From Atopobiaceae bacterium (GTDB lineage: Bacteria; Actinomycetota; Coriobacteriia; Coriobacteriales; Atopobiaceae), in the NCBI GenBank assembly GCA_030525685.1, contig JAUNEG010000012.1:289-64288 (forward strand): a DNA stretch of 64,000 bases. Reading direction: 5' to 3'. The position numbers and the translations under genes are program-made. Below, in pieces: positions 8,386 through 15,764 of this stretch (its first letter is position 1; each line of letters opens with the position of its first letter). The notes under the pieces are model-generated. The model saw nothing but the letters and a program-made list of their open reading frames with translations. It did no database searches and had not been told where the DNA came from.

Positions 8386-8760
8386 TCAAACCGGCCTCAC
8401 GTCGCACTCGGGCACGTGCTTGTGGAGGCACGGCTCGCCGTCGCAGGCGGGCGACTCACGCACGAAGACGTCATAGGACCAGTCGCAGCCCTTGAAGGCC
8501 CTCCGCCCGCGCCCACGGTAGTCCACTGTCCCCACCGTCCCGGACAGCTCGCCCCACTTCGTCTCGAACCTCACGGCGTCGCCGACTTTGAAGCGCGGGC
8601 GGTGGCGTCGCGCCCATTCGTCCCAAGGCTCGCACTCCACGACGTTCGCCACGCCGCGCCGGTCTATGACGGCGGCGACGGCCTCCTCCATCGAGTCGGC
8701 ATCGACGGGAACGGGCACCCAGCTGCCGTCGTCCGTGAGCACCGTCACGCGCCACGTCAA
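8386..8760 (-). CDS. Hypothetical protein, 124 aa, with possible SH3/KOW-like C-terminal domain
   Basis: TTGA start/stop overlap with the upstream ORF; PRFKVGDAVRF...GTVGTVD. Confidence 0.55.
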   Translation of the reverse strand: MTWRVTVLTDDGSWVPVPVDADSMEEAVAAVIDRRGVANVVECEPWDEWARRHRPRFKVGDAVRFETKWGELSGTVGTVDYRGRGRRAFKGCDWSYDVFVRESPACDGEPCLHKHVPECDVRPV

Positions 8761-8924
8761 CGCCGACCACCGTCCTCCCGCCCCTCGACGGCCCCCTCCT
8801 GTATCGCGGCCACCGAGTCGATGATTTTCTTCATGTCCAGCGCGAGCTGACGGCACTCGGCCTTCGTCTCGCACGCCCCGAACCAGCGCACCACGTCGTC
8901 TGAGGCGACCTCCAAGAGGTTCAC
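8757..8924 (-). CDS. Small hypothetical protein, 55 aa
   Basis: GTG start with GGAAGG RBS; tightly packed between neighbouring ORFs. Confidence 0.45.
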   Translation of the reverse strand: MNLLEVASDDVVRWFGACETKAECRQLALDMKKIIDSVAAIQEGAVEGREDGGRR

Positions 8925-8928
8925 GGAC

Positions 8929-9081
8929 TTAACCCTTCCTGTCTGCCGCTTCCTCGCGATCCCTGCCTTTGCGCTCCCAAGTGCGCAGCCGCTTCGCGGC
9001 GTCAGCCGTCGGCAGCTCCTCGGCCCTGCACTCGGTGATTTTGTAGCCGTAGCGGTCAATCCACGCCGCCAGAGCGTCCAT
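8929..9081 (-). CDS. Small hypothetical protein, 50 aa
   Basis: MDALAAWIDRYGYKITEC...; first gene of an operon divergent from relBE. Confidence 0.4.
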   Translation of the reverse strand: MDALAAWIDRYGYKITECRAEELPTADAAKRLRTWERKGRDREEAADRKG

Positions 9082-9169
9082 GTCGATTTGCTTCCAGTCC
9101 CCGTCGCGAGCGTGGAAAGTTGTTATATAATAGTATATACCGACATACACCAACGAAGGGAGGGGCGAC

Positions 9170-9406
9170 ATGGCGACAGCGCTGACGGCAATCAGGGCGC
9201 CGGAGGAAGTGATGGAGCGCTACACGCGCCTCGCGCAGGGCACGGGCAGGTCGAGGAGCTTCTACATCAACGAGGCTCTTGAGGAGTCCATCGACCGCCT
9301 TGAGTACGAGTACGGGATTCTCCGCAAGGTCGAAGACTGGCGTGCGGGAAGGCTTGAGACCGTGAGCCTCGACGAGCTGGAGGACAGCCTTGGCTTGGCG
9401 GATTGA
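9170..9406 (+). CDS. relB: RHH antitoxin (RelB-like)
   Basis: TAIRAPEEVMERYTRLAQGTGRSRSFYINEAL; overlaps relE. Confidence 0.8.
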   Translation: MATALTAIRAPEEVMERYTRLAQGTGRSRSFYINEALEESIDRLEYEYGILRKVEDWRAGRLETVSLDELEDSLGLAD

Positions 9407-9662
9407 AATCGACAAGGACGTCCAGCGGGAGATGAAGAAGCTGGACAAGCAGGTCGCCAAGAGAATCACGGCCAAGCTGTGGGAAGTGTCGCAGCTCGAT
9501 GACCCGAGGAGCATGGGCAAGGGGCTGACCGGAAACCTCGCTGGTCTGTGGCGCTATCGGGTCGGCGACTACCGAATCATCTGCGACATCGAGGACGGCG
9601 TGCTTCTGATCCTCGTTGTCGATGTGGCGCACAGGCGCGAGGTCTACAAGCGCCGGGGATAG
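9390..9662 (+). CDS. relE: RelE/ParE-family toxin
   Basis: GKGLTGNLAGLWRYRVGDYRII...VAHRREVY. Confidence 0.9.
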   Translation: MAWRIEIDKDVQREMKKLDKQVAKRITAKLWEVSQLDDPRSMGKGLTGNLAGLWRYRVGDYRIICDIEDGVLLILVVDVAHRREVYKRRG

Positions 9663-9700
9663 CCGGAAGCCCCCTCGGACGCCGTTCCGCAGGGGGCTTC
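9661..9700 (+). terminator. Hairpin terminator; copy 1 of a 40-bp direct repeat
   Basis: GAAGCCCCCT...AGGGGGCTTC stem; 38/40 identical to 15526-15565. Confidence 0.8.
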
Positions 9701-9847
9701 CTCATGGGTGACCAATTACTGTATTGATAAATAAAAGGTCTGGCGGCGTGCCCGTATCGAGGGTGTAAAATAGCTTCATTGAATAATAATATGATCGGCG
9801 CCGCCGCCGCCGACCCCTATATGTTGTGGTTGGGGATGGAGGGTGCA

Positions 9848-11428
9848 ATGGCAGAGGTTCGGAGCGTTGACGAGCAGGTTGCCGAGTACGTCAACAAGCA
9901 CGCCGCCCTGATGCTTGAGCTTGGTGAGCCTGTGACGCCCTACCGCTTCTACCGTGAGGTGTTCCCGGAGGGCTTCTTGCAGGATGCCTACCGGGTGAAC
10001 CCCGCTGCGCCCCATGACGGGAAGTTCGTCGCCATCGCCAACGTGATTCACGAGAGGAAGGACGGCAAGGGCGTCTACCGCAGGAACCACTACGTCCTCG
10101 ATGACCTCACCCAGATAACCAAGTGGACGAACCAGGTGGCGTTCATGACCCCGTGCTCGTTCCTCGGTGGGGCCAAAGACCTCGAGCACCTGCGCTACCT
10201 GCACGCCATCGTCGTTGATCTCGACTACGTGGGCGCTCAGCAGCTCACGGACGTGTTCCACCAGTGCCAGATAGGGTTCCTCCCCACACCGACCTTCATC
10301 GTGAACTCCGGCACCGGGCTTCACCTGTACTACGTCCTAGAGCAGCCCGTCACCTGCTACAAGAAGCAGCAGGAGTGCTACAACGCCCTGAAGCACGCGC
10401 TCATCGACCTGTGCTGGAACGAGTACACGTCGCAGAGCGGCGACCGCCAGTACTCCGGTCTCGTGCAGCCCTACCGCATCCCCGGCACGCGGACGAAGCT
10501 CGACGTGGACAGGGAGACGCAGAGGGTCGTTTCGAGCGACTTCCCCGTGACCGCGTTCCGCTACGGCGGCAAGTGGACCATAGACGCGCTGCTCGACTGG
10601 GAGCCGCGCCCGAACGTCGGCACGCGCTACTACACCGAGCGCTGCGCCGGAATCCGAAAGATGCTGCGCGGCGAGATAGACGGCTTCGAGATAGCGAACA
10701 ACGGGCGCTACGTCGAGCACGGGGAGGGCAAGGTGCCGCTCGAGGTCGCCAAGGAGCGGTGGCCGGAGTGCTACGACCGCCGCATCCTGCACGGCGAGCC
10801 GCCGAAGGAAATCAAGGACTACAAGTGGCACGTGAACCCGCGCGTCTACGAGTGGTGGCTGCGCAAGATAAAGGCCGACGCGGAGCCGGGGCACCGGTAC
10901 CACTGCATCATGTGCCTCGCCATCTACGCCATCAAGTGCGACGTGCCCTACGCCAAGCTCAAGGAGGACGCCTACTCGCTCCTCGAGGTGTTCGACGGGC
11001 GCACCACCGAGGAGACGAACCACTTCCACGCCAGCGACATCGCCCAGGCGCTCAAGGCGTACCGAAACAAGGTCTACGCCACGTTCCCCATCGGCTCTAT
11101 CGAGTACTTCTCCGGCCTCCGAATTGATCGAAACCGCCGCAATGGTAGAACCCAAGCCGAGCACGTTGCGAGGATGAGCGCGCTTAGGGATGTTGACTAC
11201 CCAGACGGCTCATGGCGCAACAAGGGCGGCGCGCCCACGAAGAGCGAGCGGATACGCGCCTACGCCGTCGAGCACCCGGAGGCAAGCCACAGCGAGATTG
11301 CCCGCGCCCTCGACGTGTCCAGACCGACCGTAATCAAGTGGCTCAAGCCGGGGTGGCGCGAGGAGTGGGACGAGGAGCACAGGCCGCGCATCACCGGCCA
11401 CGTGCTCACGGTGAGATACGTCAGGTAG
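9848..11428 (+). CDS. Plasmid replication initiator rep1 (AEP/primase-like domain, helical domain, C-terminal HTH)
   Basis: VVDLD, NSGTGLHLYY, YRIPGT, PGHRYHCIM and C-terminal HTH; GGAGG RBS before ATG 9848. Confidence 0.8.
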   Translation: MAEVRSVDEQVAEYVNKHAALMLELGEPVTPYRFYREVFPEGFLQDAYRVNPAAPHDGKFVAIANVIHERKDGKGVYRRNHYVLDDLTQITKWTNQVAFMTPCSFLGGAKDLEHLRYLHAIVVDLDYVGAQQLTDVFHQCQIGFLPTPTFIVNSGTGLHLYYVLEQPVTCYKKQQECYNALKHALIDLCWNEYTSQSGDRQYSGLVQPYRIPGTRTKLDVDRETQRVVSSDFPVTAFRYGGKWTIDALLDWEPRPNVGTRYYTERCAGIRKMLRGEIDGFEIANNGRYVEHGEGKVPLEVAKERWPECYDRRILHGEPPKEIKDYKWHVNPRVYEWWLRKIKADAEPGHRYHCIMCLAIYAIKCDVPYAKLKEDAYSLLEVFDGRTTEETNHFHASDIAQALKAYRNKVYATFPIGSIEYFSGLRIDRNRRNGRTQAEHVARMSALRDVDYPDGSWRNKGGAPTKSERIRAYAVEHPEASHSEIARALDVSRPTVIKWLKPGWREEWDEEHRPRITGHVLTVRYVR

Positions 11429-11433
11429 GGCGG

Positions 11434-11488
11434 GTGTGCTCGCTTTGTCGCACACGGTAGAATGGGGTGTGCGCGCTTTGTGGCACAC
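11434..11488. promoter_or_regulatory. Two 22-bp GTGTG...CACAC repeats with 33-bp period flanking TAGAAT (copy 1)
   Basis: GTGTGCTCGCTTTGTCGCACAC (11434) and GTGTGCGCGCTTTGTGGCACAC (11467); repeated at 11850-11904. Confidence 0.65.
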
Positions 11489-11502
11489 CCGGCTCAACAG
11501 GG

Positions 11503-11844
11503 GAGTACTTCTCCGGCCTCCGAATTGATCGAAACCGCCGAAATGGAAACAGGCAAGCGGAACACCTCGAAGAGGCGCGTGCCATACGCGACGTTAGGCA
11601 GAAGCGCAAAGGCTCGAACTGGTGGGACAACGGGAACAGGAGCGGTGCGCCGGAGAAGAAGAACATCGTGCGCGCCTATGCCGTCGAGCATCCGGGCGAG
11701 AGCAACAGGAAGGTCGCCGCAGCGCTCGGAATGAGCCGCAACACCGTCAACAAGTGGCTCAAGCCGGGGTGGCGCGAGGAGTGGGACGAGGAGCACAGGC
11801 CGCTCATCACCGGCCACGTGATCACGGTGAGGCGCGGCAGATAG
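11503..11844 (+). other. Start-less alternative 3' cassette of rep1 (second HTH tail)
   Basis: Begins with 38 bp identical to 11102-11139; open frame EYFSGLRIDRNRRNG...HTH...TVRRGR-stop; no RBS or ATG. Confidence 0.85.
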
Positions 11845-11924
11845 GGCGGGTGTGCTCGCTTTGTCCCACACGGTAGAATGAGGTGTGCGCGCTTTGTGGC
11901 ACACCCGGATCAACAGGGGAAACG

Positions 11925-12239
11925 ATGGCGGAGAAGAGCAAGAACACACAACACATATCGCTGCGCGTGCCGCTCAAGGAGCTGTCCGTCATAGACATCT
12001 ACGCCGCCGCGAACGACCTCTCCCGCGCACAGGCCGTGCTCCACTTCGTGCGTCAGAGCATCGCCGCCGAGACGGGGGAGAAGCCGGTTACGAAGTCAGA
12101 CCTCGTCGCCCTCGCAGCCACGCTCACGAAGGCAATCGAGAGCCAGCCCGTCAGCGTGCAGCTGCCGCCGCAGCCACCGCCCCCGGCGCTCGAGTCGAGC
12201 AAGCAGAAGAAGCGACCGTGGTGGCGGTTCTGGGGCTGA
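11925..12239 (+). CDS. RHH (CopG-like) plasmid protein with basic-aromatic C-terminal tail
   Basis: QHISLRVPLKELSVIDIYAAANDLSRAQAV; ends KKRPWWRFWG. Confidence 0.7.
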   Translation: MAEKSKNTQHISLRVPLKELSVIDIYAAANDLSRAQAVLHFVRQSIAAETGEKPVTKSDLVALAATLTKAIESQPVSVQLPPQPPPPALESSKQKKRPWWRFWG

Positions 12240-12558
12240 GCTCCCGATAGTCGTGGTTGGCCCTTCCATTCAGTAGGGTGTCAAATTGTGCACCCTTGAC
12301 CTAATGCGACACATCCGTTCATGGCGCTGATTTATCCATTAGCCGAACAGTAAAGATGTTCTGTTCTCTTAGGGCGAGGTCAGGGTATATCCCATCAATC
12401 AAACTGCATTGGCGAGGGGTGGGTTTATGTCTCCGATAGATTTTGTCCGCATCAGAACCCATTATCCCCGTGAAAATGGCCTCCTATCCTAGCGGTACCG
12501 AATCGCATTCGATGCCGCCAATCACTCAGCAAAATGGTGATGATATTGGAGGTGCCTC

Positions 12559-13263
12559 ATGAAGCTCACGCGCAGAACCTTTCTTTCGTCCGCTGCGGCT
12601 GCCGCCTCGTTTCTTCTAATCCCCAAGAGTGCACTTGCAGCGCAGACTGATGATGTCGGTGAATTTCCAGATGAGTCTCCTGTTTCGGTCGAGATAATCG
12701 ATGAGGATACTTTTTCTATCCAGGACTCCTACGGGACATGGATTGTTTCCATTAGTGAATCTGGCCCGTACAGAATCACTGCTGCCGTGGCTCCGGATGG
12801 ATCTCAGGAAACCATTTCCTATAACAGGAAAACTGGAGAGGCCTATTCGTCAGCTACGGTTCAGGTTGTTATTCTCGGGGTTGATGAAACCTATCAAGAT
12901 GTCCCGGAGACCAAGGGTGTTATCGACCATGATCCTCAGCCAATTTACAATGGGCCATCGAGGAAGGAAACCGAGTACATCTCGTATCAGCAGCTGAAGT
13001 CGATTGCTGGAAGCGTGTCGAATGTTGCCGGCATTCTGATAGCAATAGCCGGTATCGTTGGATTTTCCATCGTTGGGACGTTCGTCGCCGGATTCGTTAA
13101 CGACAACATAGGACGCATCCTCGACGCCCTTTCCGATGGTGACCCCAATCATGGCCTAAAGCTCAAAGTTACTTTGACTGAACGGTATACCATCCATCCC
13201 ACGACCGGGGCTCACATTTACTACGACACTCTCAGGACCGTAAACAGCGTTAGCTTCTATTAG
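12559..13263 (+). CDS. Twin-arginine-signal secreted protein with hydrophobic C-terminal segment (candidate bacteriocin/toxin)
   Basis: TRRTFL Tat motif and ALA cleavage site; GILIAIAGIVGFSIVGTFVAGFV hydrophobic run; GGAGG RBS. Confidence 0.75.
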   Translation: MKLTRRTFLSSAAAAASFLLIPKSALAAQTDDVGEFPDESPVSVEIIDEDTFSIQDSYGTWIVSISESGPYRITAAVAPDGSQETISYNRKTGEAYSSATVQVVILGVDETYQDVPETKGVIDHDPQPIYNGPSRKETEYISYQQLKSIAGSVSNVAGILIAIAGIVGFSIVGTFVAGFVNDNIGRILDALSDGDPNHGLKLKVTLTERYTIHPTTGAHIYYDTLRTVNSVSFY

Positions 13264-13279
13264 CTGGCGATTTGCACGA

Positions 13280-13705
13280 TTGGATGAACCAATGGCGCTG
13301 CGAAAAATGGACGATCGGAGCACCCGAATCAACAAGATTGCCTCCATCGTTTTTGCCGTCTGCTTTGTGACAATGGTTGCTGTCGGTTCGATGCAGGATG
13401 TCGTCCTCCCCGTCAGACTTGCCCTTGCCATCGTGGGGACGCTAGCCGCATTTTTAGGAAGCCCGCTGTTCGGACGACTCGGCATGACGTGGGTTTCCTT
13501 TTTCTTCGTCTCCGGAATCTTGAGGATGTCGGCAGATGCGAGAATTCAGTTTGCCCTTCTCGTAATTGAGGCGGCATTGATTGTCTTCTACATTGGGCTT
13601 GTCAGAACTGGGAAGTGTAAAGACGAGCAAAAAGTGGGGGGAATCGCGCTAGTGGTAGCCGACGTCCTATTATTTGCAGATGTTGCCATGACTCATGTGA
13701 TTTAG
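13280..13705 (+). CDS. Four-to-five-TM membrane protein (candidate immunity protein)
   Basis: Hydrophobic 141-aa ORF starting 16 nt after the Tat-protein stop; an inverted repeat AAGGGTCGATGG/CCATCGACCCTT follows near 13819-13853. Confidence 0.65.
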   Translation: MDEPMALRKMDDRSTRINKIASIVFAVCFVTMVAVGSMQDVVLPVRLALAIVGTLAAFLGSPLFGRLGMTWVSFFFVSGILRMSADARIQFALLVIEAALIVFYIGLVRTGKCKDEQKVGGIALVVADVLLFADVAMTHVI

Positions 13706-14045
13706 TGCAACGTTTCCGTGGCTCCGACTCTCATGACGCAGTGTTCCGACCCTTTGGGCCGGAACGACTCCCCTGGTTCGAACAAGAAAGTCACACGCGC
13801 TCGCAGGCTTGGGCAAAGAAAGGGTCGATGGAGCAGAGCGTCCATCGACCCTTAATCAAGTCTGGTCTTGTCGGCTGACCGTCGCGTCAATTCCGCAATC
13901 CGTGAACGAGGTCTCCGTAGATCCGCTGCGCGGAACTACTCCGCCCCCGTGGTCACGCATTGCTGCATTGACCCGACTACCCTTCCTCACCTGCAAGCAA
14001 ATCATATCTGTAGCTCTTGAGATACTCGCGCATGAATTTACCTAT

Positions 14046-14327
14046 TTACGCTATGGCCATGAGGCCGTCGGCGAGGATTCCACGGGCATATGCGCCCGTT
14101 GACTTGCCCTCGGCCTTCGCTTCCTTCTCAAGAGCCCGCTTCATGGCGGCGGGAACCTTGAGTGACAGCGTCACGGTCTCGGGCGCGGCCTTCGGGAGCT
14201 TGCCCTCGACGATCTCGCCGACGTTGACCCATCCGCTGGGCCACTCATCGCGCTCAAGGGCGCTTTCCCAGTCGGCAATCATCTCGTCGGTCACGACCCT
14301 GCCGTTCTCGGCAACAATTCCGTTCAT
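14046..14327 (-). CDS. RHH antitoxin (BrnA/CopG-like)
   Basis: ETVTLSLKVPAAMKRALEKEAKAEGKSTGAYARGIL; GGAGG RBS. Confidence 0.7.
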   Translation of the reverse strand: MNGIVAENGRVVTDEMIADWESALERDEWPSGWVNVGEIVEGKLPKAAPETVTLSLKVPAAMKRALEKEAKAEGKSTGAYARGILADGLMAIA

Positions 14328-14329
14328 GT

Positions 14330-14584
14330 CTACCTCCATCCCAGCTCACGCTTGAATTTCTTCGCCGGCGGCACCATCGCGTGAAACACGCACCAGACGC
14401 CGTCGATATCCATGAACCCAATCAGCTCGGCAAACCTCCCATCGGGAAGCGAGCCGACCGAAATCCAGAGCGGCGGGTCATCCGTGCCGTTTCGCTGGCG
14501 GCACCGAATCGGGTTCTCCCACGCATACGCGACTTCCTCGCTGGTAAGCCCGTGCTTGAGGGCGTTCCCGTGCACTCTGACCAC
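14330..14584 (-). CDS. BrnT-like toxin
   Basis: VHGNALKHGL...WISVGSLPDGRFAELI...VFHAM. Confidence 0.75.
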   Translation of the reverse strand: MVRVHGNALKHGLTSEEVAYAWENPIRCRQRNGTDDPPLWISVGSLPDGRFAELIGFMDIDGVWCVFHAMVPPAKKFKRELGWR

Positions 14585-15024
14585 TGCCGTCCTCCCTTCT
14601 TTTCTAGTAAGTATACCCTATTAGTATACCAAATCAAAAGCACCGTGCTCCCAACACGCAAACGGGGGTGGCGTCACCCCCGTTTCCATGCCGCGAGCAC
14701 TCTCGCACTGCTGTACTAGCAGTGCTCACCGGCCAAGGCCACTCTCCGAGTTGCAAGATTTGGGAAAGGGTACTCAAATCCCGCTTTTGGCGGCATTTTC
14801 CTCCCTTTCCATCTTGCCTTTCGGGCGGACTTAGGGTCCCTCCCGAAAGGGGGTAAGAACACGCGGATGGCTTCATCCTTGATATAGTCCAAAACCGCGT
14901 TTTCGGACTTCCGAAAAACGCTTTCGGGAAATCGGCACGGTGGCTTCACCGTGGTTCCCGATTCCCGATTTCTGAAAACCGCAAACCCACGATTAGAGAA
15001 AGGGGGCTGGAACCCGCTCCGCAG

Positions 15025-15249
15025 ATGGTCTCAGAGAGCCTCAGAGCGCCCTGGACGGCTCGAAGCGATGGAGCGCGAGAGGAAAGCTTGCAGGAGAGGT
15101 TGAGGGCCTTAGAAAGCGAATCAGAGCGTTTGAAGGCCAAAATCAGCGAGCGCGAGAGCGAGTGGCGGAGCTTGACCGAGGGCTGTCTGGGCTTCGAGTG
15201 GGACGACCGCCAGTGGCGTGCAAGCTTCGTGTCCCGTCAACGGACGTAA
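15025..15249 (+). CDS. Short coiled-coil ORF, possibly a remnant
   Basis: LQERLRALESESERLKAKISERE heptad pattern; no clear RBS. Confidence 0.3.
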   Translation: MVSESLRAPWTARSDGAREESLQERLRALESESERLKAKISERESEWRSLTEGCLGFEWDDRQWRASFVSRQRT

Positions 15250-15418
15250 AACGTCCTTATCGACGGGACACCGGGCGGTCCCCTCCCGGCTTGCCCTTGC
15301 CCGCGCGAGGGAGGGCCGGCCCGCGCCGGCCGCCGCTCCCGCGGGGCGGGAGGGCACCGCCCCGCGGCGGTGCGAGAGCGGGCCCCGCGGCCCGCACGTC
15401 AGGGAAGGTGGTGCGTCG

Positions 15419-15511
15419 GTGAAGGTGACGAGCGCGCCCGGCCTCATCGCGGGAATCGCCCTGCCGGTCGTCATCTTCGGAGCCGGGTTCCTCCTCGGCA
15501 AGGACAGGTAG
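15419..15511 (+). CDS. 30-aa single-TM peptide (candidate type I toxin)
   Basis: MKVTSAPGLIAGIALPVVIFGAGFLLGKDR; GTG start with GGAAGG upstream; terminator follows. Confidence 0.5.
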   Translation: MKVTSAPGLIAGIALPVVIFGAGFLLGKDR

Positions 15512-15525
15512 ACGGCCAGCAGGAG

Positions 15526-15565
15526 AGCCGGAAGCCCCCTCGGGAGCCGTTCCGCAGGGGGCTTC
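15526..15565 (+). terminator. Hairpin terminator; copy 2 of the 40-bp direct repeat
   Basis: 38/40 identical to 9661-9700. Confidence 0.8.
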
Positions 15566-15764
15566 GTCTTGGCCGCGAGGCCAGTTGTCGTAACAACGAA
15601 ATACGGGCTATCAGCCTTGGCTTGGTACGGAAAAACGGGCTTCCAAGGGACCGTTTTCCGTACCAAGTGATACACTTCTATTGTTCAAATTACACCCCTC
15701 AATGCTGACTGTGGGGATAGGGCAAGGGAAGGGGAGTCCCCTTCCGCTCGGATTGGAGGTCCCC

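Noticed and set aside
11467-11844. Independent expressed gene starting at GTG 11467
   Set aside because: The GTG lies inside the 22-bp repeat, only 3 nt after TAGAAT, and has no RBS; the region is treated as a start-less cassette.
12275-12296. IS terminal inverted repeat (AGGGTGTCAAATTGTGCACCCT)
   Set aside because: No matching partner end or transposase found; it may just be a short palindrome.
13809-14102. ORF between the membrane gene and TA pair 2
   Set aside because: TTG start without RBS, spans a terminator hairpin, overlaps the antitoxin, and has no recognisable motif.
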